Assembly: GCF_000143415.4 (NCBI RefSeq)
Contig: NW_003314268.1
Coordinates: 1,002,072 to 1,066,071, forward strand
Direction: 5' to 3'
DNA: 64,000 bases
Origin: Selaginella moellendorffii
Lineage: Eukaryota > Plantae > Lycopodiophyta
A program made the position numbers and the translations under genes. The notes beneath the pieces were generated by a model, which saw only the letters and a list, made by a program, of their open reading frames with translations, was not told the DNA's origin and ran no database searches. Each line of letters starts with the position of its first letter. Position 1 is the stretch's first letter. Shown piece by piece: positions 1-14,344 of the stretch.

Positions 1-2213
1 TTTCTTACTATAAATATCCATATCCATTAGATGAATCATTTTAAGCATCTTGCAATGATTTAGAGAAATGTTCTTTAAGGTTTAGCCACAATGCTTGGCT
101 TGAGTCTTAATGCTTTTCTTTATACTAAATGGAATGCTCCATTTTAAAAGTTAATTTATAACCAATTGATGCTTTAAAATCACGTTCATAATAATAATTA
201 TAAAGTGATAGTAATTCATAATTTATATTTTACTATAGACAACAGTTACTACGTCATGGCAAAGATGCATGATGTCTAATAGGATCACTAATGAAAAACA
301 ATTTTATCAGCATGTTTGTTGGAATTAAACTCATTGTTCATATGCCTCTTGTAAATATCAAATGGATATATATATATATATATATACACACATAGATAGA
401 TAGATATAGACACACTTTGTGTGACTGTATGAATATAAAACTCTATAGATACTAAAGATCCCATTGAAAATAATTTCATTCCCTTTCAGCAATGTTATTG
501 TCATTAACGAATCTAACCCACATAATCAAAGTATGCCATTTAGTAATTAGGCTTATTAAAAGAATGACAAGAGGTAAAACATATTCAGTTTAGAATGAAG
601 AATGGTAGTAAATTAAATTTTTCTTGTCTTAGTAAGTTTTATTATAGTAGTATATAAGATTGTATATAGAAAAGATTTAGTTATCATTTTGGGTAGATTA
701 TTTAATTAAAAATTTTAGGTTTTTAGAAATTATTTTTTAAAGTAATATTTCTATGAAAAAACTTAATTTCTATTTTAGGAAGTGAAGCTTGCCAAAAAAG
801 AGCCGTAAAAATAAGGATGTGGATAGGATTAGTATTTAGTCTAATAGTAGCATGTTTTTGGACAAAACTTTTTATGTATTGTTATGTGGATGGTAATCAA
901 ACATCCTTGTAGCTCATAGAAAAATTAAAAAATTATAATTTTATACTTTGTGGCCAAGAAAAAAAAGAAAAACTAATTGTCTATAACAAAAAAAGAAGTT
1001 TTTAACTAACCTATAAGCTCTTGAATTTGGACTTCTTGGAGGGTCACTCAACTCAATATCACTTAAACTTATAAATTTTTAACATTAAATATTCCAAGAC
1101 CATTAACTAATTAAAAAAGAAGATGCACTTTTATTTATGAGCCTTTTTTCTTTGAACCTTTATAAATTGTTCTCTTTGGTTGCTTATACAACCTAGATAG
1201 ATTAAGTTTATACAAATGCAAAACTAAATCTACATACAAATATAATTTGGTTAGAAGCTAAGAATATGTTTCCTTTTTTTAGATTTATAATGATGAAATG
1301 TTGGAAGTTTGTAAAAATATGTTTAGCACTATAGTAAAGGATTTCTCTTCTTTATTAGTTATCTAGTGATCACTTCCCACAAGTGGCATAAGGATTGAAG
1401 AGAAATCTATGGCATAAGTAGTTGGTTAGTAAATTTTCTTTATTACAAGTACTAAAAAGAGTTTTGATCAATTTGTTAGGACAAGATTTGCAAGTGAGAA
1501 AAAATTGAAAGTTTTGGGGTTATTTTACAAAGAAAATTGCTATCCAAAAGGCCCATAAGGGGCATTGCCTTGTTGGATTAATAATAGAAAGTGCCAATAT
1601 AAGGATGATATGAATAGTTAATAAAGTTTGGATAAATGATTTGTAAAGAATATAATTGACTTTTTCTAGACCGTGATTACAAAAAAATTAGAAAAAATAG
1701 AGAATTTTAAGAGCATAAAATCATAACTATTGGATTGGAGAATATTCTAGAGTATATTTAGAATATTCTTTATACTTAACTCTTAAGTAAAATATATCTA
1801 AATTTCTAATTCCAATTAAATAACTATTCTAATATTTATAGGCCTTTTTCCCTTTATATTTCAGCCCTTACAGATCATTTTCAATTTATTCTCTTTTATT
1901 GCTCACAATCTATCATGTTTCTCTATAAGTTCATGCCTTTATGAATAAAAGCTAAGAGCTGTAACTCTCCCAAAAATCTTGCTCTCTTGACACCTTACCT
2001 TTCAAGTCTAGCATAGCAAAATAAAACTAGACTGCCAAATGTTAATCTTAATATGTGTTATGATTCCCTTAATTAAAAAAAAGAGTCAAACTTGAGATTT
2101 TTTTAATATCATTCATAAAACATAAATCCCTAAGTCCCAAAATTGAACTAAATGTGTACCACATAATAGTGGCTAGAATGAAAGTGGAACAAATGTAACA
2201 CATTTAAACCAAA

Positions 2214-2313
2214 NNNNNNNNNNNNNNNNNNNNNNNNNNNNNNNNNNNNNNNNNNNNNNNNNNNNNNNNNNNNNNNNNNNNNNNNNNNNNNNNNNNNNNN
2301 NNNNNNNNNNNNN
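2214..2313. other. Assembly gap (100 N)
   Basis: Run of N. Confidence 0.99.
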
Positions 2314-4329
2314 AAACTCCTAAAAAGCTTTAAGAATGAATACAAAAGATTAACAAACGAGTTTCTAGAAAGAGATAAGTTTAAGATTAAGTTTGAGTTT
2401 GAGTTCAAGGGGTGAAAGCTTAAAGCAATTGTCTCTTAGACCTTAAGGGGTTTGGTAAGTCCTTACTATAAGCCATAAATTTTCCTTTCTAATTTGTCAT
2501 TTTATTTTATCTATTTAACCATTTTTGCCTTGACCTTAGTTAAGTTCCTTTGCAAAGATTCCCATCATCGTACTAATTCCAGTTTAGTCTTATTTAGGTT
2601 CAGCTACTTACTATATGAACAACAGAGTGTTAGCTAACCTTTTACAAATTCTCAAATTCTTTTTTGATCCCCTTCCCCAAGTTAGATTGAGCTTAAGATT
2701 CAATTACACTCCTTATAAGTAACCAAGCAAGCAACCAAACACACCAAGTGTATAGATTCTTAACATCTTATGGTATGCAATACTTGTTTATAAGACTTTC
2801 TAAATCCCAAGCTTTGGGTGCATCTCTTAGTTCAAGACACCGAGGGGAAACACTTGGCCTAATGGCCCAATATAGGTACCTCAACTCCCTACTTGGGAAG
2901 GCCAAAGTGTAGGGAAAGCCCCTACACTCCACTTGAGTCAAGAGTACTAAAGTTATTAACCTTTAGTTTCAACCTTAACTTTGTTTGAAAGCACTATTAG
3001 AGAGTTCTTTAAAGATTAAGTTCTTAGCCTCTCTTTCCCTATTTTACTTTTGAAACCCCTTGGGGGACAATTGTTTTAAGCTTTCACCCCACAACTTATA
3101 TTAGTACTTTGATTTGGTCTCAGACCTGATCTTAGATTTTAGACTCAATCTCAGTCTTAGACTCAATTTTAAATTTGATCTCAAATTCTTTATTGTTTTG
3201 ATCATGATTTTGGGGGATCCTCTAGCCTATGACACTTTAGTAAATTAGTTCTTTACACTTTTGGGATAGTAAAGAGAGGATTTCAAAGGAACTAGTGTGG
3301 CCAAAAAAGGCTTGTGTGACTAAAGAAAGCTATGCTTACGTGGTGGGTGATGATATAAACATTAGGGAATCCAAAGTTAAAGTGAACATGGATGAATAAG
3401 TGGGGTGACTTGGTAAAGTATTCAAGAGCTAGCTATAACTTCCAAAAGATCAAATAATTTAATCCAAGTGTAAATAACATTACTTACTTAGATACCTTGT
3501 ATGGCTTCATTTTAACCACATATCTAAGGCACCCTAGTGGCAAAAAGTGGGGAAAGTATCCACAAAGCTCACAATAAACTGTGGTGTTTCAAAACATCAC
3601 CCCAAAGTTTTTAATGATGAAAAAAAAGAGGGGCCCTCTTACTTACTAACTAAAGGTATAATTATGTGATAAAGAAATTTTAGAGGCTAGTGGGATGGGC
3701 TTTTAGGCCTTAACCTAGTGGTAATATTGCCAAGCACTACTATGGATGGAGAGGGATTTGGTGGAGATTAAAAAAAGGATATTAAAGGATATGTGTTAAT
3801 GCATTTTAAAAATGTTAAGATGTGGTAATAAAATTACCATTCATGGACAGATGGCCTAGTCTTAGAGAGATAGGACCATGGTACATATGGTCTTTGACTA
3901 CTAATGAGATCATGAGAATGGATATATCTTTAATATAAAAGGTTAGTAAGTCAATGGTATCTAAAATGGGATTAAACATATAGAACACTTCAACAAAGTG
4001 TGAAGTCAATATGGCTTTGAGATCATATCTAAGGGGTTAGTAAAACGTAGGATGAGGATCTATGGAGGTTGGGAATGAGATTTCTTTAATTGGTTTAAAG
4101 TGTGGTTAAAGAACTAAAGTATATTGAAAAATTTAGTCACTTAAAATTTTTTAGGTAATTTTCCTTTAATTGTTTTGCATAGCAAATTGGAGATCAAAAC
4201 AACTCAAGCCACTGATCCATTTGTTCAAAAAGTGTAACGATTGATCTTTTTCAATATTTTCTACACTAATATCGTGATTATCAATTTCTTCAATTTTGGA
4301 ATAAATTTCTTCATCAACATGCTTAACTA

Positions 4330-5330
4330 TATATACCTAATAGAAATATATGGTTGTATATTATTCAAGCATACAATGACACTTTTGCAATATATTGCTT
4401 TAGCATTCTCAAAATATTAGAATTAGTCTAACAATAAACCTTATATGCATAAGTATGTTGACAATTTTGGACATATCTACAATATATTAAGTGGACTAAG
4501 ATGCCTTGACATCCTTTATTTAGTTATTTCTAATCAGTTCCTTTTACTTTAGAATTTTGGAAATCTATATCTATGAATTTCTTTATCAATCTTTTACCTT
4601 CTAAAGGATTTGACAACAATTTTGTTATGCATCTTCATAAATTGCTAGATAATATTGTTAGTAATTAAGGGCTTGAGTTTATTTTCAACTTTTAGGATTT
4701 TTTAATGTAAAAATTAAAGTATCAACTTCTCAGACTAATGGGCAATCAAAGTGTATTATTTAAATTCTTTGAGCAATATCTTCAATATTTTATTTCCTAA
4801 TAATAGAATGATTGAGTTTAACTCTTTTCTTATATTGAGTTTCCTTATAATAATTCTTAACACTTTTTGTCCCTTCTTTGTTAACTATAATATTTGTCAT
4901 CCTTGTTGATCATTATTCATTTCTTCCAACACATAATTTTATATATAATTTAATTGCTAATCAATATTTATTTTTGGATTAAATAATTAAATTTTACCCC
5001 CAACTTTGGCTAGTTCCTAATGTGATTAGCATAAATTTAGTGAATAAAAGAAATCCTCAAACCTTAGAAATGAAGTATAAGATGATGTGCTTAAAATTAA
5101 CCAAGAAGAAATATATAGTGTAATAAGACATTCATAATTTAAAATTTCTCTTACAACTATATCTTTTTATCTTAAATTTTTGTAGGGTGCAATTCAAGCT
5201 CTTGTATGTCCCAGAAATAAAGATCCGTTGAAAAAATTGGAGGCCATAGGAAAAATCTATTGAAGAAAAGTTTATAAATTATAAAAATATTTATAATTTA
5301 TTTACAGAAGATTAATTTTGATAAATATCA
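4330..5330 (+). mobile_element. Highly decayed Ty3/Gypsy integrase remnant
   Basis: Recognisable integrase motifs in broken frames: WKSISMNFFINLLPSKGFD (~4558-4615, cf. W..ISMDFI.DLP.S.GFD), SQTNGQS (~4728-4748, cf. HPQTDGQ.E) and YIEFPYNNS (~4831-4857, cf. AEFAYNNS). Boundaries are approximate. Confidence 0.7.
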
Positions 5331-6828
5331 ACCATAAATAATATAATATGCTAAAATACCTAAGAAAGTTATAGATATATTCATTCTAAAATAAACAATT
5401 TAGTGATAGTCCACCGTTAGCTAGGCTATATTTCTTTGAATCTAAAATTTAACATTTGGATCCATCTTAAGAAGCATACAATATATAAAATATATACGCC
5501 TATAAGGGATGAAAAATTTACCAAAAGTTTGATGTTGAAAAATATATGTACAATTGAAATTTGGAATTTGGTTGATTGTGATATTGTAAACCTTCTTATT
5601 TACAGTATTAATTTTATAACTAAGAATTGTATACTTATAATGACAATATTGCTACTTAATGTTGACACTCTTAACTTTTGTCTTCAATTGTAATGCTTTT
5701 GAGTATGTTGCTTTTGATTCTTTTGACCAAATATTTGCAATCTTCACACTTTTGTTATTTTTTATTTTTGAAATTTCTTGAGAAAAATTCTAAATTTGAG
5801 TTTGTGGTTAATGTTCTTTTCAAATTTAAAACCTACTTCAACCAAAGTTTGAAGTTCCAAATTTTTCAGGTTCACCCCTTCTTTAACTAACTAAGTAGGT
5901 GGTATATATTTTGGTTTTTGGATAATCTATTCTATAACAAATTATGTGTGTGGAAATTTTATTGGATAAAACCATATGAACTAATCATAGTGTTCTGGAG
6001 GATCATTATATTATTGTCATCCCCAAAAACAAGGGGATAAAGTGCATAAAGTTCCTATGGTAATGTACTTATTATATAATTTTTCTCTAATCCAAGCAAA
6101 ACACTTGACTATAAATCCTACTTCAAGTTGACATATAACCCACTCAATCTTATAAATTTTTTGTTCTTTGACTTTTACTCAAACATGTTAGTGCTTCAAA
6201 TACATACTACTATGTAAACACTTCTTAAATCCTAAGTAGGGTGACTTTGAGCCTAGAGTGCTACAACTTCATCCATGTTTTGGCCCTTCATCCATATAAT
6301 CTCTAGCATATTAAATATTAGTAATTCTTTCATCTCGTCCACAATTTGGATATGAAGTGTAAAATCACTCACTCATCTTCAAAGGATGTTGTCACCCCTT
6401 ATCACTATGTCAATTTTTTTTATTCATGTCTCTCACACAAGTGATTATCCTTGAAAGAAATAGGAGAAAATATCCTAATGAACAGCTTTCTAAAAGAAAT
6501 GGAGCAACTCAAAACTCAACTTGAAGAAATTTTTAGAGGCTTTTGAGGGCTTTTTCAAATTTTGTAAAACTAAGCTAGCTATCATCTTTCCTTGAGTTAA
6601 CCACTCTACATTGTCCTAATAAGCAAGTAATGGCCTTTAAGATGAGTTCCATCCACCAACAATGGCTGGCAATTGTTTAAAAACAACTAAATGTTCCATA
6701 AGCTTTTATTTGGAAGGAAACAAATCCTCAAAAGTTTCAGATTGAATTCATTCTTACAGCCTAATCCCAATTACAATATATAATTTTGTATACGCTCACT
6801 CTATGATGCAATGGTTTTGTTCATATAA

Positions 6829-8146
6829 CTAGAGATCAATAAGCTGCTTTAGATTAAATGGAAACATAATTGTTTTGTTCCCACTTAATATAGAAGAGGC
6901 TATGAGACGGTTTGCAGACTCTGTTGGATGATAAGCATCCCAATAGAAGTATTGGTTTCTCGTAGAACAAACTGATCCTAATGGTAAACAAGCAAATAAT
7001 CTCAAGGGTGATACTCCACAACAAGCATCACGGCCATTCACAAATCCTGTCATACAAATTACAATGAGCAAATGATGAATTTGTGTTAAGCTTACCATAT
7101 TTTGAAGGTTGTTTGTTGCATCGTAAAATAGATCATATGTAGTTCCAAACACCATCTTCGCTCCATTCATGTCTCGATTCATCCCTGAAACCATATCCTT
7201 GAGTGCTCTGTCAAAATTCACGGCCAAAGTGTTGGCTTCTTCATGGCAAGCCTTGCCATTTGCTCCCAAAATATTGCAATGGAATGCAACCAAGTGGTCC
7301 AAGAGCAAAAACCACTATTTTGCGAGCTCCTAGTTGATAGGCTCTCTGTTGAGAATCAAAATTACACCGTGTAAATCACCGTGTTGAATCAAAATCAAAT
7401 CAAATGAAATGAGTTATTGAGCAAGAAAAGCAATCACTTACATTCAAGTAGCCTTTGTATGCAGAGATTACTTCATCTTGAAATTCTTGCGGAGATTTGC
7501 TCCTGGTGCTGTTCATGTAATTCAAGTAATTGTTGGATCCAAGAGCAAACAAAAATATTGACCGTGACAAAAGATCAAATGCGGGGTCCTCGCCTCCCAC
7601 AAGCAAAACGATCTCAGACCTAGTGTTGACGAAATTCTGGATCTGCTGGATCTGGTCAAAGGTCCAAGGATGGATGGTCAACACGCTTCAAAAGCCCAAA
7701 CTAAACACTTTACATTCTGGAGGAAGTTCACGGAGGAATCATTGAGGATTCGAGCGCCGCCTGATGCGTAGCTTACTCCTTTGAGGATCACACTGCCTTT
7801 TGTGTTGGGATCGTGATAAGCAGGGACTAGAGGAAGCCCAAGTTCTTGAGCTGGTGGAAACAAAACAAACTCAGAAAATGTGTAGATCAATTTGCCTTGC
7901 TTACCAATGAGATCCACGACTGTGAATCCATTGCAAAACCTTCCTGTCGCCTTCCCTCCTGGGAAATCGATTCCATTTGGCCGAAATGCTGGTGACGAGG
8001 AACTTGTTGTTTCCGGGATCTGTCAAAGAGTCACCAAAGACGAAGAATGCAGGAACTTGGGCACGCCCAGATCTAAGAACCAAAAAAAAACTCAAAATCG
8101 AAGCTGCTAGAGGAAGAAGACGCATCATCACTCTTCTCTTAGTCAA
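6829..8146 (-). pseudogene. GDSL esterase/lipase, frameshifted
   Basis: Signal peptide, FVFGDSLTDPGNN, GRFCNG, GVSYASGGA and YWDAYHPTE motifs across 5 exons. Frame breaks fall at ~7990, ~7280 and ~7107. Confidence 0.85.
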
Positions 8147-8986
8147 GGTAAAGTGGCGATCTATTCGTTTCTTATTCTCACACGCAGTCAGTCAAAGTCC
8201 ATTTTATGGTCAATTTGGTAGAGCTCGGCAATCCCCCTCATAGTAACACAAGGGAAGAAAATAAAAGCAAGGATGGACCAAGAGCTGCCAATCTTGGCTC
8301 CTTCCAACACTTCATGGAGGACACCATCAACTGCTTTACCAGATGACAAAGTACGTTGAGCGTAGTCTGTCTTATAGTCTCCGCAGCCTCTCTGTGAATC
8401 CGAAACCCCCAGCTTCAGCTAGATCACCTTCTCGCCATCTTGCTGCCATCTGACACTGGTTTACTTTGCTCCTCGCTGAAGCTGTACATTATACCGCAAC
8501 AGTGCTAATCCCCTGGAGCAAACAAAAGAATTAAAAATGGCTGGGAATAGAAACATGTCTGATTTTTTTATTTGCTTCAATCGCTTTTTGTGTTTGCTCA
8601 ATCACTAATCTACAAGAGCCCTACCACGTCATCAATTGAGCGTTCGGATTAGATCAGACAAGTCCAACTTATAGTCTTTGGACACCAGCCTCCTTCCAGT
8701 TTCTGTGGAGAGCTTTGATCCGAGTTCGCAAGCTGCATCCTGGCCAGTCATCTTCGAGTTTCCTTGCTGCAATCTCGTCTTGATCCCTTCCTAAGCTGCA
8801 TCCTGGCTGTGATGGTCGCTAGGCTCATCATCTCTTCTTGAGTTTCACTCAGAGCTGCTCAACTGGCCAGGGATGTTGCTTGCAGTGGCATACATCACAA
8901 CTTGCGTACTCTGATTGAAGACAAAGCTCTCCAGCAAAGAGCAGTGATTCTTGAGCAGTTCCTTATTTAAGTTTGGCATAATAAAC

Positions 8987-9384
8987 TAGATATATCTAGA
9001 ATATTCTTGAATATTTTAAAATATTCTACCATTTAACAGTTGTTATTCATTTAGGTTAATCCAGTATTTATAATTTACAAACATATTTATAGTTTATAAA
9101 CTTTCTAAAACACTTTCTAGTATATTCTTTTTTATTCTACCATCTATTTCTTTGCAATGTCTGAACCTATTTAATAATAAATTGCTACGCATTGAATATA
9201 GCAACACTTGGTTTGCTTATTAGTAGTTTTATTATTACTTATTAATCTAATTGATCAAATAAAGTATATAATTATAAGTTTAAGAAAGTTTATAAATTAT
9301 AAATACAAGATTAATCTAAATAAATAATAACTGTTAGATGGTAGAATATCCTAGAATACCCAAGCATATTCTAAGTATATTTAC
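8987..9384. mobile_element. MITE-like element with long terminal inverted repeats
   Basis: 8987-~9107 is the imperfect reverse complement of ~9283-9384, sharing the core atattctaccat(c/t)taacagtt..ttatt.atttag.ttaatc..gtatttataattt. The interior is non-coding and AT-rich. Confidence 0.75.
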
Positions 9385-10538
9385 TACCAACAACCAAAAA
9401 TATTGCCAACAGTTTTCTTTGTTTTGTCTTTAAGATGCTTGATCTTCCTGCTCAAACTTCGCTACTTTGATCTGGATCCACCAATACAGGGAGCCAAGGG
9501 AGCCATTACCGTTGACAAGAATATTTTAAGAATATTCTAGCACACTAAGAATGTTTAAGTTTTAGATCAAGAACAGAAGAACTTGAATAGTGATCTTTGA
9601 TTTTTTAGTTTCATTCATTTCATTTTATTTGCAAGATACAGAAAAGCGACAGCCTTTGAAGACTTGCATGTTAATATGCCTTAAATTTCTGGTCTTCTGC
9701 TGCCTCTCCCGGTGCTTCCATGGCTGGGCCGTACTCAATGGATTTGGTGATGGCGGTGGTGCAGTCAGGCACTCGGCAGGCATCGCACTGCAAAGAGAGA
9801 TCACGTTAGAGCAAGAATTCAGGAGCTAATATATGCACCTCCAGTTGTTCCATATGTTATAGAGCCATTTGACTGCAGAAAGAAAGAAGACTCACTCACT
9901 TTTGAGACAAATATTAAGCACTGAGTTAACGCCTACTGAAGACTGTCAAGCCAAAGTTATGGTTCATAAGCGGATCAAAAGGCCTTAGTGCTCCCATTGT
10001 ATGGAAACAGACTTGACACGAACGAAAGCTTCAAATCGTGAACGCGTTTTTAATGAAAAAAAAAAAAAAAAAAACGAAGAGAGAACTTTGTTTGATCAGC
10101 ATGGCAACTTCCATCGCAAAGTCAAACTTGCAAACCTATCTTTCACGCAAGCCTCGGATGCTTGCAGAGATTTTATAGGATCCAAGAACAGCCGAGGATC
10201 TAATAGTAACAAAACCGCTGTGAAACAAATTCCGGGATTTGTCTAGCTCTCCATTAGCAATGGCAAGCTCCGCCTGCCAAAACCAAAGAAAGATACAAGA
10301 ATAACTGCATTGGAACCTTTGGTATGGTCCCATCACGCTTTTCCAAATCCAAACTACATGAGAAAGTAACATAATGTTTTGATATGAGTATGGTAGTCGT
10401 CGCGTGATCACTTATCGCGGCCACTGCCGATCCATATATCCAGAGCTTCCTTCACATTTGCAAGTTTCTATAATAAGGGTAGAAAGAAATTGGATGGTCA
10501 TCGTAGTCTCTTTCCTGTTCGAAGAACGGTTTAAATTA

Positions 10539-10610
10539 AGGTCCCACCGAGATTCGAACTCGGGCTCTTGGATTCAAAGTCCAATGTCGTAACCACTAGA
10601 CTATGGGACC
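10539..10610 (-). tRNA. tRNA-Gln(TTG)
   Basis: GGTCCCATAGTCTAGTGGTTACGACATTGGACTTTGAATCCAAGAGCCCGAGTTCGAATCTCGGTGGGACCT folds into a cloverleaf with anticodon TTG. Confidence 0.95.
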
Positions 10611-10916
10611 ATTTCTGTTGAGTTAATCGATCGTTACTATGGCTTTAAAAAATATTTACAAACCAAAACCATCGACAAAGTTGAAGGGAAAATTAAAAAA
10701 ATTCCGCGACCGTGGTCTGGTCAACGGCACCCACGCGCGATCAGCCCCATGGATGAACATCCGTTTCCGCTAATTACGTTTGAAAAGATGGCGTAGGACA
10801 AAAGAGAGGAATATTCATTAAATTGGACTTCTCATACTTGGCATATAGCATTGAGCATCTTGACGGTGTTTACAAAACCAGCGATCTCCTGCTAATGCAT
10901 AAGTGATTTTATAGCT

Positions 10917-11992
10917 ATGGCAGAAGATTTTAGCATTCCTCTCATTGATCTCGCTCCTTTGCACCAGGCGGGAAACGCTCCCAGAGTCGAAGTTCTAGAG
11001 AAAATCTCCAAGGCCTGCGAGGAATGGGGATTCTTCCAGGTGATCAACCATGGCCTGGATTTGAAGCTCTTGAGCAAGGTGCTGCACAATTGCAAGGAGT
11101 TCTTCTCTCTTCCAGAAGAAGAGAAAACCAAGATGGAAACCAGCCATCCACCCGTGGGATATGTAAACAAGAGCGGTGTTGGTGGAATGGTTGATAGAAA
11201 AGAGCATTTCTTTGCGCACGTAAGTGACAATCCAGCGTCCAATAACGTTTGGCCTGAGAATCCATCGACTTTCAGGTATGAGAACGTTTTAGGAAGTTGA
11301 TCTATTGATTTGCATGTTTTCGGTTTCTCTCCTTGAAGGCCAACAGCCGAGAACTTGATTCTGGAAGCACGGAAAACTGCAAGTTTTCTCGTGCAGATCA
11401 TGAGCGAGAGCCTTGGCCTTCCCAACGAGCAACGTCTGGAGATGTACAAAGCCGGCGATGCTCTGATCATGCTGAAGTACCCAGCATGTCCAGAGGGATA
11501 CGAAGGCCCGGTTCTTGCCAAGCACCGAGATGGAGATATTCTCACCATCGTCGCCCAGCTCAACAATGCCCAAGGCCTCGAAGTTTTACACGAGAAAGAC
11601 CAGCAAGAGATCTGGGTTCCTGTAAAACCAGTGGAAAATGCCCTGGTTATCAACGTTGGTGATGTTCTCCAGGTAAAATCTTTGATTATTTCTATCGTTT
11701 GATCTAAGCTAATGTTTTTCTTTTCTATGGTGTTTGTAAGGTGTGGAGCAATGGGCGATACAAGAGTGTTTTGCATAGAGTGTCCGGCTCACAAATGGAT
11801 CGCTACTCCTTTGCTTACTTCCATATGCCAGTGCCAACCACGCAAATCTCCCCTCTAGACGCTTTCACCGCGCACGAAATACCAAAGTACAGACCTTTCA
11901 TGCATGGTGAATACCTCCAATTACGCTACGAAAACAAAAAGCTCGACTCCAAGAATGCCAAGGAAATCACAATAGATTACTATGCAATGTAA
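10917..11992 (+). CDS. 2-oxoglutarate/Fe(II)-dependent dioxygenase (DOXC class), 3 exons (10917-11275, 11339-11672, 11741-11992)
   Basis: IPLIDL and ACEEWGFFQVINHG N-terminal motifs, H-R-D...H iron triad, R-Y-S 2OG-binding motif, NGRYKSVLHRV, GT-AG introns. Confidence 0.93.
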
Positions 11993-12121
11993 ATCAAACA
12001 AAAAAAAAAAAAAACCATCTTTTCCTACAAAGATGTCAAGGCGAAAAAAAGCTCTTTTTTTTCCTTTTTAACATTTTTACAGCAGCTCCACCCTCGTTAT
12101 TACAAGCCTTCGTCCTGGGAA

Positions 12122-14344
12122 TCAAATCTTTCGCTGGACCATTCGCCGGCTTCGCGTCGATCGTATCACTGGGAGCTTCAAAGTTTGGCCCGGCTGTGCC
12201 GCCAATTCTCGCACCCGAGCTAAAATGTGAGCGGGAATCGACACCGAGAAATGTTTTCTCCGCTTCTCACCTTGCTCGGACACCTGTGAGAAGAAAAAAA
12301 AGAGAGAAGACATTTATGTACCACTATAGCTTGTGAAAGATATCACATACCTGACGCGAAGAATGTGAATGTACTCGACTGGCTCGTAATAAGTTTCGCC
12401 ACTTGTCCTGCATTAGTTCGATCAGGAAACTCTCAACCATCTAAACTAGAGAATTTGGGATGGTTTTCTACCTTCAAGTCAACTGGAGTTCGATAAGCGA
12501 TGGCAGAGAACGCAAGTCTCTTGATGTCGGCCCACTTTCCAGTGCCACAGCGAGAAACTCCGTCCACCAAAGCCATTACTTCCCGCAGCGTCCAGGGTCT
12601 ATGGTGCTTCCTACGCGATCCCGACTTTCGATCTGTATCCTGGTCCTCAGTGTCAGATGGCTGCAATTCGTCTGACACAGAAGGAAGCATGCACGAGACT
12701 TGATCCGCGGACTCGTCATTAGGCTCGTAGTTTTCGTCCTGCGAGACAGTGTTGAGTTGAAACAGAACTAATGAGAAAAACTTACATTGTCCTGGCCGGG
12801 AGCAGATGGAAGCTTGAACTTGATTTTCCTGATGCTAGTGTTCGCGTCGCGTTTAGCCGCCCTTGCATTTCGAGCCATTTTTACAAGCTGCGCTGCTCGT
12901 CGCTCGGCCTTCAGCTCCTACAACAACAAAACGTGAGCCGGAGAAGCACGCAAAAGTTACCAGAACACTTACACCCATGCGATTGCGACTCCGGGCACCA
13001 AAGGAACCGTCCGGTGACATCGAGTCGAGCTCTCTGCCATTCAGATCAAAGCACTCGTCCAGGTCGTCGCCATCAACATCTGGATCATCGGGATCACCAT
13101 CTTCACCGTCTGACTTCCAAAAGTCCACTTGCAGCTGCTGTTGTTGATCCTCGGGACTGCTCATCGATGGAACAAATGACGCAACATCATCAGCTTCTTC
13201 TTCCACATATCTCCTGTTTGGCTTCCGGTGCCTCTTTCCTTCCAAACTCTGGACTTCGTTGAGATGGGACTGCCCGTCGCTAGGCCTGCTCACCACTGTG
13301 GTTGTCGAGGCGTCTAAGGAAATGGTTGGCGAGGTACCTAATACCACCGGCTTGACGTCCTCCTCCTGCTTTTCCATGCCAAAAGGCTGCTCCGCGGAAG
13401 TCTCGCCTTCAAGGCGTTCTTTCAACAAATTTTCCTGTGCCTGTGCAGCCACCACCACTGCCTGTGCCGAGCTCTCGTTCATAGAATTCAGGCCTTTGGT
13501 GATTTTCTGCTTCAGCCAGTGCTTGTCTTTAGCCGAAGTCACCCGACCAAACGTGTTCCTGTAAGTGTCTTGCAGTGCCCTGATAGAAAGGTTGTCTAGA
13601 AAAAGCTTGGGTGGAGTATAAGAAGCATCGAATTGAGGAGTAATAGTACCGGGTGTAGAGCTGCTGCAGATAGGCTCTTCTTCCATCAGTTTCAATGGCT
13701 CAACCTTGACTTGGGCCACCATTTGCTCAGAAGGAGGAAGCTCGCCGGTGCAGTCGAAGGCGTTTATGTTGAAGTATTTTGGATTAGGCCGACGCCGTCT
13801 CTTGTACGTGAACTTCGCACCATTATAGCCGGAACTCTCTAAAGCTCTTTGATCTTCCTCCGTCTTGACTTTCAAGAGCATAGTATCTACAACCTACAGT
13901 CAACCATCAGGTGGTGAAACGCGTGGTAAAGATAACGAGAGGCATACCTCTAGCTGCTTGAGCAATCTCAACTTCACGTCTTCCAAGTCTTCCTCCATGG
14001 GTCCTGGACGAAGCAATTCTTGAATAGGAAGACAAAGAAACAAAGACAAAGGTGAAAGGAACTTACGTGCATCGTCTTTCTCATCGTCTTGATCGGTATG
14101 ATCGTCCTCAGAACTCTCGCCTTGAATCAGTGATTCAACTTCCATGAGATCCTCATCGGTAGTAGGAAACATCATCCCATTCTCGTCAATCTGTTTGAAA
14201 AAAAAAACAAGAAAACGAAGACTTATAACAAAAAAAAAAACAGAAGAAAAAACAAAGAAGAACTCTTACCCGGACAAGAGTGTACATGATGCGCTCGTCT
14301 TTCTCAAGAGGGATTTCCACCTCCTCATTCTTCACAGCCAGCAT
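12122..14344 (-). CDS. TRF-like (telomere repeat-binding factor-like) Myb/SANT protein, multi-exon
   Basis: C-terminal RRKHHRPWTLREV...GTGKWADIKRLAF...RTPVDLKDKWRNL telobox-type Myb domain. The spliced N-terminus MLAVKNEE...YTLVR|IDENGMMFPTTDEDLMEVE resembles the TRFL3/6/8-type start. Confidence 0.85.

Noticed and set aside
1-4300. Short ORFs and possible RT-like remnants
   Set aside because: Too degenerate to assign, and the ORFs look like AT-rich noise.
8250-8960. GC-balanced stretch that looks like a coding relic on the minus strand
   Set aside because: Frames are interrupted by stops and no family was recognised.
9484-9496. 13-nt match (ATACAGGGAGCCA) to the miR160 target site
   Set aside because: Flanks mismatch, there is no hairpin and no ARF coding context, so it is compatible with chance.
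10892-11776. 294-aa minus-strand ORF and similar long overlapping ORFs (e.g. 24867-25688)
   Set aside because: These are shadow frames of real genes with no independent motifs.
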